Shown: positions 27,045 through 36,964, numbered from the stretch's first letter. The stretch is 64,000 nt of DNA from Geopsychrobacteraceae bacterium (GCA_963662315.1 OY759353.1:672001-736000); one strand, 5' to 3'. Translations and numbers: made by a program. The notes: generated by a model from the letters alone, not told the origin.

Positions 27045-27513
27045 GACTTTCCCTTAAAATAAGCCGCTCGTTATCCTCTTCACTCATGGTGTACCAGCGG
27101 CAGGTTCTCAGAACACAAAGAGTGATTGACAGTTTGATTGAGTCTGAAACTGAGATATTGAATTTGATCATTTTGCAATTATCAAACTTGCAGACCTGAT
27201 CTGGTTCGATAAGAGATTCGTCGCAATGTGGACAGCGAACATCGGACAATTCTTCATCGTCGGCGACATTGATGGTACTTTCTCGATCGAGCACATTCAG
27301 ATAAGGAGTAACGCGACTGATGCCTTCTTGTCCCCTTTTATTGACAATACGAAACACTGCCTTTTCATTTTCGTTTAAAGCGGTTCCACAATGGGGACAA
27401 AAACAATTAAGGTAAGTATCTTTTTTGATACCGGTTCTTTCCATCAAAGGCTGGTTGCTCCCCAAGTCTTTCTCCCTGTGCGAGACGAACTTTTCTGAAT
27501 CGTTATTTCTCAT
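27034..27513 (-). CDS. Cys-rich hypothetical protein (two CPHC motifs), first gene of the rnf operon
   Basis: AGAGG SD; CFCPHC, RCPHC, C..DNC and C...C; its stop overlaps the cytochrome start. Confidence 0.8.
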   Translation of the reverse strand: MRNNDSEKFVSHREKDLGSNQPLMERTGIKKDTYLNCFCPHCGTALNENEKAVFRIVNKRGQEGISRVTPYLNVLDRESTINVADDEELSDVRCPHCDESLIEPDQVCKFDNCKMIKFNISVSDSIKLSITLCVLRTCRWYTMSEEDNERLILRESHEW

Positions 27514-28366
27514 ATGTCCATCCTCTAAATGGTATGTCCTATTAATAAGAATAGATTGCCTGCGAGAAAAGCAATGTTTTACTCAAAGCAATATATATTA
27601 GTTTTCTGTTAAGTGTTTTGCTTGACCATGCTGGGATCATATTAGTGCTATGATTTGATCGACGATGAGTTAATCTCGATATATCAGAGTGCTGCAGATC
27701 GTAGACAGGAAAAGTCGTTTAAGTCTTTTAATTGATAAACTAATGTTCTATTTCACCCTAAATAAACTAAATTCGTTATGTGCGGACGCTGCATTTCGAT
27801 TACGAAGAATTAAATCATCTTTGATATCATTCATGAGGAGTGCGACATTGATAATGGATTGATCCAAAAAAGTCAACTCATGGCAAATAAGAAATATGAA
27901 TTTCAGGTACTTTTTCAATAAGAAAAATATAATAATTTAACATATAGGATAAAATTACTGATTTGCGATTAAACTGGCAGTTTGTATACCATATGGCGCA
28001 TTGATCTACCTCTGATTGCAGCTATTAGGCGCTATATGTCCTGAGCCAGGCAAGAAATCTTTGCTGAGGGATGGCGCATATAAACATCCTGAAGCTATTG
28101 AAAAACAACAATAATCCTTTCATGGACGAATATCTGCCGCTAACCTCTTTAATACCGCCCGTTAAGGAATTTGCCCCTGTTTTATCGATTAGGTTCAGGC
28201 TATAGGTACATACACACGGTTTTATACCAGACCCCAATATGAAATACCTCAAACACTTGAGTGTTGGGTTCAGCGTTATGTGACAGTGCTTCCGGGTTGC
28301 TGATTTTCCTTCTGGGTAGCTGTCATGACTGTTTAACTCATTCACCTTTGTAGAGGAGAAAAAAAC

Positions 28367-28513
28367 ATGTTAGACGTGCTTTTTCATATCGTTTTCGCGA
28401 TCTTTGTATTTTCAGGCGTGGTCCTGTTTCCTGCGTTTGCCTGGCTGAAAAAACATGATGCTGACGATACGGCCGACTGTCAGCACAGTATGATAAACAG
28501 TCATTCAATGTAA
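28367..28513 (+). CDS. Small membrane protein (48 aa), not in the ORF track
   Basis: AGAGGAG SD, then MLDVLFHIVFAIFVFSGVVLFPAFAWLKKHDADDTADCQHSMINSHSM*. Confidence 0.65.
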   Translation: MLDVLFHIVFAIFVFSGVVLFPAFAWLKKHDADDTADCQHSMINSHSM

Positions 28514-28867
28514 GTGCTGAAATATAGAATCTTTATTGCTTATCCGCCGTACCGTGGGGCCTCTCAATTTTGAATAGCAGGCTTCTTGACTCTCGAGAAG
28601 TCTGCTATTTCTTACCTGGACAATTTGTGAAAAGATGGCACTGGTCTTCAGTCTATTGTTATGCCATTAGCATTATTGCCATTCCCGTCATAATTTTCTG
28701 TTTCCTGCTATTGATTTTGATTATTGCTGTCTGACACGTTTTCCGATGCCTTGACTAATAGCCAGAATGATGTAGATTTCTGGTTTAATTCGACCTTCAC
28801 AGGCTCGTCTAAAAGTTCTATTACTTTCGAAAAAAAATCACTTATCTGCATTATGGAGAATATAGCG

Positions 28868-29851
28868 ATGAAATTGTTTTTGTATTGTTTTCGTGATTTT
28901 GACGAAAAGGCACAATTCGATTCTTTGCAAGAGATCAATGATTTTACCTATGCTGCGACCAGTGCTTATCCTGACTTTGACAATGCAGAACTGGCCGCTG
29001 GTTTCGACGCTATCAGCACAACCCCGACCAGACTTGACCGAGCGCTGCTTGAAAAGTTTCATTCTCTCGGTGTTCGTTTTATTCTTAACCGCAGCATCGG
29101 TGTTGATCATGTTGATCTTGATGCTGCCAGGAGACTCGGGATGCGGGTCGGTAAAGTGAGCTACGGGCCACAGACCGTTGCTAATTACGCGATTATGCTG
29201 ATGATGATGTGTTTGCGTAATATGCGGCAGATTACCGAGCAGGCGGCGTTACAGAATTTCACACTAAAAGGAAAGGTTGGCCGTGATATCAGTTCCTGTA
29301 CCATAGGGGTGATCGGTACCGGGCAGATCGGAGCCACGGTTGTGCGCCATCTGCAATCCTTTGGTTGTCGTGTCTTGGCCTATGATTGTTACATAAATCC
29401 AGCGCTTGAGCGTTTATGTGACTATGTTGATCTTGATGAACTATTTAAAGAATCTGATGTCATCACCTTGCATATTCCATCTGATGACTCAAATTTTCAC
29501 TTGCTTAATAGTCACGCTTTTAATCAGATGAAAAAGGGTGTGGTCGTTGTCAATACCGCACGAGGGCCTTTGATTGATACGGATGCCCTGATTGTGGCTT
29601 TGGAAAACGGTAAAGTCTCTGGTGCGGCTTTAGATGTTCTTGAGGATGAAAATGGTCTTTATTATCACAACCGCATGGGAGAGTGTATTGCCAACCGGCA
29701 GATGGCTCAATTAAAAGCCTTTCCCAATGTGATTCTGTCTCCTCACACAGCTTTTTATTCTAATGACGTTGTCCGCAGTATGGCTGAACACACAATAAGA
29801 AATCTTTTCGATATGGCGGCAGGAAGAGAGAATCCTCTGATTGTTACCTGA
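28868..29851 (+). CDS. ldhA: D-2-hydroxyacid (D-lactate/VanH-like) dehydrogenase
   Basis: GVIGTGQIG, NTARGPLID, AALDVLE, SPHTAFY; start ATG 28868 after GGAG. Confidence 0.9.
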   Translation: MKLFLYCFRDFDEKAQFDSLQEINDFTYAATSAYPDFDNAELAAGFDAISTTPTRLDRALLEKFHSLGVRFILNRSIGVDHVDLDAARRLGMRVGKVSYGPQTVANYAIMLMMMCLRNMRQITEQAALQNFTLKGKVGRDISSCTIGVIGTGQIGATVVRHLQSFGCRVLAYDCYINPALERLCDYVDLDELFKESDVITLHIPSDDSNFHLLNSHAFNQMKKGVVVVNTARGPLIDTDALIVALENGKVSGAALDVLEDENGLYYHNRMGECIANRQMAQLKAFPNVILSPHTAFYSNDVVRSMAEHTIRNLFDMAAGRENPLIVT

Positions 29852-30121
29852 CGGGATGGGACAGTCAGCGACATTACCTTTGTTCCCTCACTAGCATTGT
29901 CCTTATCCTGTCCCTAAAGTGGGGCAACCTGATGCCGTTTAACGGTTCACATCCAGCCGGGTCTTTATTATCAAGTTAAAGTGTTTCTCTGCTCTATTGC
30001 AAGGCGAGTTATTACTTTGATGTTCTGTTGTGTATATGCACAGTCAAACACTGCGGCGATGGGGTGATATTTTTGCAAGACGGCACGTATAATTTATTGA
30101 ATAAGCGGGTATAGTTTAAAC

Positions 30122-30240
30122 CATCAGCTTCCTGGTGTGGCAGTCAGGCTGCTGACAAGAAAGAAACATCATACCTCCTTACAGCTTTTTTTGAGCCGTA
30201 CGTCGTTACTACCTCCCTCGACTGCGGCTCTATTTTTTTC
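30122..30240 (+). ncRNA. Candidate small RNA with two anti-Shine-Dalgarno motifs
   Basis: TATAGT box at 30110; 5' stem-loop 30124-30155; TACCTCCTTA at 30172; terminator hairpin 30193-30230 with TACCTCCC in its loop, followed by a T-run. Confidence 0.5.
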
Positions 30241-30393
30241 ATTAATCCAGTTTTAGTCTGCTCCGCTCAGTTGCCATATATTGCTAGTTGCTTTACATTA
30301 TCTTGTATAAAAAGCACTAAATGATCCCCGATTTAAAAGAGAATTATTGTTAAATTGTTGGCAAAGTCATTCTTTGCCAAGGAGGCCATTAAA

Positions 30394-31374
30394 TTGATTC
30401 CCGGTTTTATAACTGGTCGACGCCGTTTTTCTGATTTGTCAGAACAGGAAATACTGGCCCTGGCCATTTCCAATGAAGAAGATGACGCACGCATTTATCG
30501 ACAGTATGCTGAACGGTTACGCCAAGAGTTCCCCGCTTCAGCTAAAATTTTCGACGATATGGCTGAAGAGGAGGATAGCCACCGGCGACATTTGATAGAT
30601 GCGCATAAAAAACGTTTTGGTGAAGTTATTCCTTTAATCAGGCGTGAGCATGTATCCGGATATTATGCACGGAAACCTGTCTGGCTGATTGAAAATCTTG
30701 GGCTTGACCGTATCCGCCAGGAAGCCAGTGAAATGGAACGTCAGGCCGAGCAGTTTTATCGCAAGGCCGCATTACGCACCAGCGATGCCGATGTGCGAAA
30801 ATTGCTCGGCGACCTTGCTGCTGCAGAAGCAGGTCATAACCACCTTGCCAATGGACTAGAAGATAAGCATCTGAGTGAAGAAGACCGTCACGAAGAAGAT
30901 CGTAACGCTCATCGGCAGTTTGTATTGACCTGGGTGCAGCCTGGTCTGGCGGGCTTGATGGATGGTTCGGTATCAACCCTGGCTCCCATATTTGCGACGG
31001 CATTTGCGACCCACAACACTCATACCACCTTTCTGGTTGGGCTTGCGGCAAGTATTGGTGCCGGTATTTCCATGGGGTTTACTGAAGCAGCTTCCGATGA
31101 TGGCGAGCTGTCGGGACGTGGCAGCCCATTTAAGCGTGGTCTGTCTGCGGGTGTGATGACGGCTCTTGGTGGACTCGGTCATGCTTTCCCCTATCTGATT
31201 CCCCATTTCTGGACGGCAACCTTTATTGCTTTTGCCCTGGTTTTTATCGAACTTTGGACCATTGCATGGATTCAAAACAAATATATGGAAACCCCTTTCT
31301 GGCGGGCCGCATTCCAGGTTGTTCTTGGTGGAGCCCTCGTCTTTGCTGCCGGCGCGATTATTGGTGGCGGCTGA
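30394..31374 (+). CDS. mbfA: Iron exporter MbfA (ferritin-like plus VIT1/CCC1 domain)
   Basis: LALAISNEEDDARIY, EEDSHR, VQPGLAGLMDGSVSTLAPIFA; TTG start after AAGGAGG. Confidence 0.92.
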   Translation: MIPGFITGRRRFSDLSEQEILALAISNEEDDARIYRQYAERLRQEFPASAKIFDDMAEEEDSHRRHLIDAHKKRFGEVIPLIRREHVSGYYARKPVWLIENLGLDRIRQEASEMERQAEQFYRKAALRTSDADVRKLLGDLAAAEAGHNHLANGLEDKHLSEEDRHEEDRNAHRQFVLTWVQPGLAGLMDGSVSTLAPIFATAFATHNTHTTFLVGLAASIGAGISMGFTEAASDDGELSGRGSPFKRGLSAGVMTALGGLGHAFPYLIPHFWTATFIAFALVFIELWTIAWIQNKYMETPFWRAAFQVVLGGALVFAAGAIIGGG

Positions 31375-31568
31375 TTATTAAATTGGTAGACAGTGGGGGG
31401 GCTGATCATTTTACGCTCCCCACGTATTGCCGTTTATCACGACACCAACAGTCGGTGATTAGCGCATTTGCTGATCGCGTCTTTACGTTGACGATTCATC
31501 TTTATCAGGGTATTGATGGTGCTGATTCCATATTTATTCGATTAGGATTTCAATAAAGGAGTAAGCAC

Positions 31569-32189
31569 ATGAACGTTCTTATGGTTAACGGCAGCCCTCA
31601 TGAAGAAGGGTGTACCTATACGGCATTGTCAGAAATAGCGGCAGAACTGAAAATACATGGTATCAGCAGTGATATTCTGCATATCGGCAGTGAAGGCATT
31701 AAAGGCTGCAAGGCCTGCAATGTCTGCTCGCAGACTGGCTATTGCGTTTATAAAGATGATAAGGTCAATGAATGTATTGATCTTCTGAAGCACGCTGATG
31801 GTTTTATTGTCGGATCTCCTGTCTATTTTGCCGGCCCTAATGCGTCCTGCTGTGCATTTCTGGACCGAGTGTTTTATCTTAAAGCTGACAACTATGCATT
31901 CAAACCTGCTGCGGCCATTACCAGTAGTCGCCGTGCCGGTAGTAGTGCATCATTTGATCGTTTAAATAAATATTTCACTTTTGCCCAGATGCCCATTGTC
32001 TCTTCCCATTACTGGACCTCCATACATGGAACTAAAGCTGACGAAGCGGCGCAGGATATTGAAGGCCTGCAGATGATGCGAATTCTCGGTCGGAATATGG
32101 CATGGCTACTTAAGTGTATCGACAATTCAAAAGGGCAGGTGGCTTACCCCGAGTTGGAAAAACGTACCAAATTCAGCTTAATCCGTTGA
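31569..32189 (+). CDS. Flavodoxin-fold iron-sulfur flavoprotein (Isf/FMN reductase family)
   Basis: NGSPH, CKACNVC..TGYC cluster motif, GSPVYF, RRAG. Confidence 0.88.
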   Translation: MNVLMVNGSPHEEGCTYTALSEIAAELKIHGISSDILHIGSEGIKGCKACNVCSQTGYCVYKDDKVNECIDLLKHADGFIVGSPVYFAGPNASCCAFLDRVFYLKADNYAFKPAAAITSSRRAGSSASFDRLNKYFTFAQMPIVSSHYWTSIHGTKADEAAQDIEGLQMMRILGRNMAWLLKCIDNSKGQVAYPELEKRTKFSLIR

Positions 32190-32320
32190 TTAAATGTTAT
32201 CCCTTCGGTTATCTCTTTTTTTAAGGGATAACCAAAAATAATTTCTGCTTATCAGCTAGTTAAACCAAAAAATAGTTTGGCGTTTGTCCCTTGCCAATGT
32301 TACAACCGCGTACGCAACTG

Positions 32321-32346
32321 ACCACAGGACTCTCCTGTGGTTTTTT
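32321..32346 (+). terminator. Terminator-like hairpin in the ABC-F leader
   Basis: ACCACAGGA-ctc-TCCTGTGGT-TTTTT, about 30 nt before the ATG. Confidence 0.55.
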
Positions 32347-32377
32347 AATGTTAAAACCGGAATAAGGAACAAATCTA

Positions 32378-34012
32378 ATGATCAGTGCAAATAATATCGC
32401 CCTTTCTTATGGCAAAAGGGTCATTTTCAAAGATGTTAATATTAAATTCGTTCCCGGCAACTGCTATGGATTGATTGGCGCCAATGGTGCTGGGAAATCA
32501 ACGTTTCTGAAAATAATGGCAGGTGAAAAAGAAGCAGATAAGGGTGATGTCAGTGTTGGCCCTGGCGAGCGCATCGCCATGCTGCGTCAGGATCACTTTG
32601 CGTTTGATGAGCACAGTGTCATCGACACAGTCATGATGGGTCATGAGCGTTTGTTTCAGGTCAAGCAGGAACGTGAAGCCATTTATGCCAAACCAGAATT
32701 TACTGATGAGGATGGCGTGCGCTCCGGAGAACTGGAAGCTGAATTTGCAGAACTGAATGGTTATGAAGCTGAATCAGAAGCGGCGGTATTACTCAATGGT
32801 CTCGGCATAACTGAAGATTATCTGAACCGGCCGATGAAAGATCTTGAAGGTGGAGAAAAGGTACGCGTTTTACTGGCACAGGCTCTTTTCGGCAATCCCG
32901 ATATTTTGCTGCTTGATGAACCAACCAACCACCTCGATCTTAAATCTATCCAATGGTTGGAAGATTTTTTGTCACGGTTTCAGAATACCGTCATTGTTGT
33001 ATCCCACGACCGACACTTTCTTAATCAGGTCTGTACTCACGTTGCCGATATCGATTTCGGCAAGATTACTGTTTATGTCGGCAATTACGATTTCTGGTAT
33101 GAAGCCAGTCAGCTGGCCTTAAAACAACGCCAGGAAGAAAATCGCAAAACAGCTGACAAGGCTAACGAATTAAAGGAATTTATTCAGCGGTTCAGCTCCA
33201 ATGCGTCTAAAGCCAAGCAAGCAACCTCAAGGAAAAAATTGCTGGAAAAACTAACTATTGAAGAAATGCCGGTTTCTTCGCGCAAGTATCCTTTTGTGTC
33301 TTTTCGGCCGGAACGCTCCTGCGGTGATATTATTCTGGAGGTCAAGGACCTGTGCAAAAACATTGATGGTGTTAATGTACTGGATAACTTCAGCCTGACC
33401 TTGAATAAAGGGGACAAAGTTGCCTTTATCGGTGGCGACAGTCTGACCAAAACTACGCTGTTTCAAATCCTGGCAGGGGAACTCGAACCAGATAGCGGCT
33501 CCTTCCGGTGGGGTGTAACCATCACTCCAACCTTTTTTCCTATTGATAACAGTGGCTATTTCACCAAGGACTTGACCCTGATTGACTGGTTGTTGCAGTT
33601 TGCACCAACAGAAGGGGAGAGCTTCGCCCGTGGATTCCTTGGTCGGATGCTGTTTTCCGGTGATGAGGCCAGAAAGAAAGCGACGGTTCTGTCTGGAGGT
33701 GAACGTGTGCGCTGCATGCTGGCGAAGATGATGCTCACCAATGCCAATGTCCTGGTATTTGACGAACCGACCAATCACCTGGATCTGGAATCGATTACGG
33801 CGCTGAACAATGGTCTGATTGCGTTTTCTGATGTCATATTGCTGACCAGTCATGACCAGAAAATTCTGGAAACTGTTGCCAACCGGATTATTGAATTCAC
33901 TCCCCGAGGGTACATTGACCGGATGTTGAATTTCGAAGAGTATATTGAAAGCAGTGAAGTTGCCAAGGTCCGTGCTCAACATTACGATGGAGAAGTGGCA
34001 CTGAAGCTATAA
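32378..34012 (+). CDS. ABC-F family translation-associated ATPase (YbiT/YkpA-like)
   Basis: Two ABC cassettes (GANGAGKST, LLDEPTNHLD, LSGGE, FDEPTNHLD) with a helical linker and no TM segments. Confidence 0.93.
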   Translation: MISANNIALSYGKRVIFKDVNIKFVPGNCYGLIGANGAGKSTFLKIMAGEKEADKGDVSVGPGERIAMLRQDHFAFDEHSVIDTVMMGHERLFQVKQEREAIYAKPEFTDEDGVRSGELEAEFAELNGYEAESEAAVLLNGLGITEDYLNRPMKDLEGGEKVRVLLAQALFGNPDILLLDEPTNHLDLKSIQWLEDFLSRFQNTVIVVSHDRHFLNQVCTHVADIDFGKITVYVGNYDFWYEASQLALKQRQEENRKTADKANELKEFIQRFSSNASKAKQATSRKKLLEKLTIEEMPVSSRKYPFVSFRPERSCGDIILEVKDLCKNIDGVNVLDNFSLTLNKGDKVAFIGGDSLTKTTLFQILAGELEPDSGSFRWGVTITPTFFPIDNSGYFTKDLTLIDWLLQFAPTEGESFARGFLGRMLFSGDEARKKATVLSGGERVRCMLAKMMLTNANVLVFDEPTNHLDLESITALNNGLIAFSDVILLTSHDQKILETVANRIIEFTPRGYIDRMLNFEEYIESSEVAKVRAQHYDGEVALKL

Positions 34013-34032
34013 ATTATTTAAAAAACCGAACG

Positions 34033-34075
34033 AATAAGCGACCTGCTTACCAGTATGATAAGCAGGTCGCTTATT
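34033..34075. terminator. Bidirectional terminator
   Basis: 17-bp stem AATAAGCGACCTGCTTA / TAAGCAGGTCGCTTATT. Confidence 0.8.
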
Positions 34076-34597
34076 TTATTCAGTTGTGTTCAGCATAGTT
34101 TCTGGCAGAGAAGGTATCAGCCTCAAGATTTCAGCAACAATCTGTTTTGGGGAATTATTTATATCAACCTGTATTCCATCGGTCGGTTGTTCAAGTGTTG
34201 CGATCTGACTATCAAGCAGGCTGTCATTCATATAGCGATGTTTACGCAACCCCAGACGAGGTTTGATAATATCGTGTGTCCCATGCAGGTAAATACTGAT
34301 AATTCTCTTTTGATCGACGCCTAATAGGTCTCGGTACGCTTGTTTTAGCGCAGAACAGGCTAAAATGCAGGTTTGACCGTTGGCCAACTTTTTGTCAAGA
34401 CAGTCATGTAATGCCAGCAACCAGGGACGCCGGTCTTCATCGGTCAATGGTATGCCAGCCGCCATCTTGGTGACATTTGCCTCGGGGTGAAAATCATCCC
34501 CTTCAATAAATTCCCACCCGGTCGTTTCAGATAATTCCTTTCCCACGGTCGTCTTACCACAACCCATTGGACCTATCAACACAATCGCTATCGCCAT
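34076..34597 (-). CDS. gntK: Gluconokinase
   Basis: GPMGCGKTT, EGDDFHP, GIPLTDEDRRPWL, ACSALK, LLDSQ. Confidence 0.93.
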   Translation of the reverse strand: MAIAIVLIGPMGCGKTTVGKELSETTGWEFIEGDDFHPEANVTKMAAGIPLTDEDRRPWLLALHDCLDKKLANGQTCILACSALKQAYRDLLGVDQKRIISIYLHGTHDIIKPRLGLRKHRYMNDSLLDSQIATLEQPTDGIQVDINNSPKQIVAEILRLIPSLPETMLNTTE

Positions 34598-34880
34598 ATC
34601 AACACCTTGTTACAATTCATAGCAAATGATCATTAGCTGTTCAGAACAATCTGAACGCATACAAAATAATGTTCAGCAGTGTATCTCTTCATCGTTTTAT
34701 CAGGTACTAAAAAAATCAAATTATCTTATTTACACCATCGGAACAAAAACACGTCTCATGTAACCATTTTTAACATGAGTGTCTTTCATCTGTAGAGTGA
34801 AATTCTTTCATCAAAATTATTTACATTCGACATTTCGTGAGCTAATATCCGATAATTTTTTACAAAAAGGAGCTTTTGGC

Positions 34881-35474
34881 GTGAACAAGAATATTGAAAT
34901 ACGTTGGCACGGTCGTGGCGGGCAGGGGGCTAAAACCGCAGCATTATTGCTTGCTGATGCCGCTTTCAAAAATGGTAAATATGTACAGGGTTTCCCGGAG
35001 TACGGTCCTGAGCGGATGGGAGCTCCCATTACCGCTTTTAACCGGATCAGTGAAAAATGCATTCGTGTCCATTCCCATATTTATGAACCGGACCTGGTGG
35101 TTGTCGTCGACGAAACCCTGTTGGGAGCCGTTGATGTGACAGCAGGTTTGAAAAAGGGTGGAGCGGTTATCGTTAATACCAGTAGCGATACCAAATCAAT
35201 CCGATCTATCCTCGGCAATTTTTCCGGAGAACTGTTTACTGTTGATGCACGACGTATTTCTGAGGCAACCCTGGGTAAAAACTTCCCCAATACCCCCATG
35301 CTGGCAGCAGTCGTCGCTATAAGTGGAATCATCGAACGTGATGAATTCCTCTCTGATATGGAATCCTCTTTCCTCCATAAATTTGCAACCAAACCTGAAG
35401 TTGTCGAAGGCAATATGAATGCTTTGCGTATGACTTTTGACGAGGTTGCTCCGCGGCAGCTGGAGGTTGCCTGA
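34881..35474 (+). CDS. porC: 2-oxoacid:ferredoxin oxidoreductase gamma subunit
   Basis: EIRWHGRGGQG, FPEYGPERMGAP; GTG start after AGGAG. Confidence 0.92.
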   Translation: MNKNIEIRWHGRGGQGAKTAALLLADAAFKNGKYVQGFPEYGPERMGAPITAFNRISEKCIRVHSHIYEPDLVVVVDETLLGAVDVTAGLKKGGAVIVNTSSDTKSIRSILGNFSGELFTVDARRISEATLGKNFPNTPMLAAVVAISGIIERDEFLSDMESSFLHKFATKPEVVEGNMNALRMTFDEVAPRQLEVA

Positions 35475-35476
35475 TC

Positions 35477-35779
35477 GTGAGTACGGACATCAGTAAAATC
35501 AATATTCATACGCCTCATGGTCAGTTGACAGAAGCTCTGACTGTAGTTGGAGGCGGCACCTCTGAAGCATTTCATACCGGAGACTGGCGAACTTCAACTC
35601 CTGTTTTTCTCGCAGGCAATTGCAAGCAATGCCTGTTATGCACGCCTACCTGTCCGGATAGCTGTATTCCCGTGATTGAAAGTAAACGGACTGATTTTGA
35701 TTTTAATTATTGTAAGGGCTGTGGAATTTGTGCCAATGTCTGCCCCTTCGGAGCGATTGAAATGAAGGAAGGACGCTGA
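35477..35779 (+). CDS. porD: 2-oxoacid:ferredoxin oxidoreductase delta subunit
   Basis: TGDWR, CKQCLLC...CPD, YCKGCGICANVCP. Confidence 0.92.
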   Translation: MSTDISKINIHTPHGQLTEALTVVGGGTSEAFHTGDWRTSTPVFLAGNCKQCLLCTPTCPDSCIPVIESKRTDFDFNYCKGCGICANVCPFGAIEMKEGR

Positions 35780-35782
35780 GTT

Positions 35783-36964
35783 ATGGGCATTCGCGAACGT
35801 ATGTCTGGCAATGAAGCCGTTGCCTATGCAATTAAGCAGATTAACCCGGATGTTATGCCGGCTTTCCCGATTACCCCGTCGACAGAAATTCCGGAACAGG
35901 TTGCAACTTTCATTGCTAACGGTGAAATCGATACTGAATTTATCCCGGTTGAAAGCGAACATTCAGCCATGAGTGCTGCGGTAGGTGCTGCGGCCGCTGG
36001 TGCGCGGACCCTGTCTGCGACATCATCCTGCGGTTTAGCGCTGATGTGGGAGGAGCTTTATGTCGCTGCTTCTAATCGTCTGCCGATTGCTCTGGCTCTG
36101 GTTAACCGGACTTTGTCCGGACCAATCAATATTAACTGTGATCACTCCGACAGCATGGGGGCGCGTGATTCGGGATGGATTCAGATTTACGCTGAAAACA
36201 ACCAGGAAGCTTACGATAATTTTGTTCAGGCTTTTCGCATTGCCGAACATAAAAACGTGCGGTTACCCATCATGATCTGTCAGGATGGTTTTATTACCAG
36301 TCACGCCATAGAGAATATTGAGTTGCTGGAAGATCACCTGGTTAAAGAATTTGTTGGTGATTACGATCCAGAACAATACCTGCTCAACTCCGGAAAACCA
36401 TTGGCTATTGGCCCTTATGCAATTTCCGATTACGCTATGGAGGCTAAAAAGAATCAGGATCTTGCCATGGCAAAATCACGTCAGGTAATTCTTGATGTAG
36501 CACATGAATATGCTTCTGTATCCGGTCGTAAGTACGACTTTTTTGAAGAATATTGTCTTGCGGATGCGGACTACGCCATGGTGATTATCGGATCAGCCGC
36601 CGGAACAGCTAAAGATGCTATCGACGAACTACGTGCTCAGGGGGAAAAAGTCGGTTTGTTGAAGTTGCGGGTCTACCGGCCATTCCCCGAGGCAGAAATC
36701 GCACAAGCCTTAAAACATTGTAAAGCTGTGGCGATCATGGATCGCGCCGAATCTTATCGTGGCGGTGGCGGCCCTTTGGGAATGGAAGTCAATGCCGCTT
36801 TATTTAAATACAAGGTTTTTACTGAAACACGCAATTACCTTTACGGCCTGGCTGGTCGGGACTTCACGACCAACCAGGCCGCCGAAGTGTTCAGTGAACT
36901 CGAGATGATGATTAGTGATGATAAAAATGTCGCTGATTATCAATATATTGGATTACGAAAGTAG
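35783..36964 (+). CDS. porA: 2-oxoacid:ferredoxin oxidoreductase alpha subunit
   Basis: FPITPSTE, VESEHSAMS, NRTLSGPINI, RVYRPFP. Confidence 0.93.
   Translation: MGIRERMSGNEAVAYAIKQINPDVMPAFPITPSTEIPEQVATFIANGEIDTEFIPVESEHSAMSAAVGAAAAGARTLSATSSCGLALMWEELYVAASNRLPIALALVNRTLSGPININCDHSDSMGARDSGWIQIYAENNQEAYDNFVQAFRIAEHKNVRLPIMICQDGFITSHAIENIELLEDHLVKEFVGDYDPEQYLLNSGKPLAIGPYAISDYAMEAKKNQDLAMAKSRQVILDVAHEYASVSGRKYDFFEEYCLADADYAMVIIGSAAGTAKDAIDELRAQGEKVGLLKLRVYRPFPEAEIAQALKHCKAVAIMDRAESYRGGGGPLGMEVNAALFKYKVFTETRNYLYGLAGRDFTTNQAAEVFSELEMMISDDKNVADYQYIGLRK

Noticed and set aside
33251..33982. 243-aa antisense ORF, and similar ones inside aspC, rnf, por and hrpB
   Set aside because: Shadow frames of well-supported genes, with no motifs.
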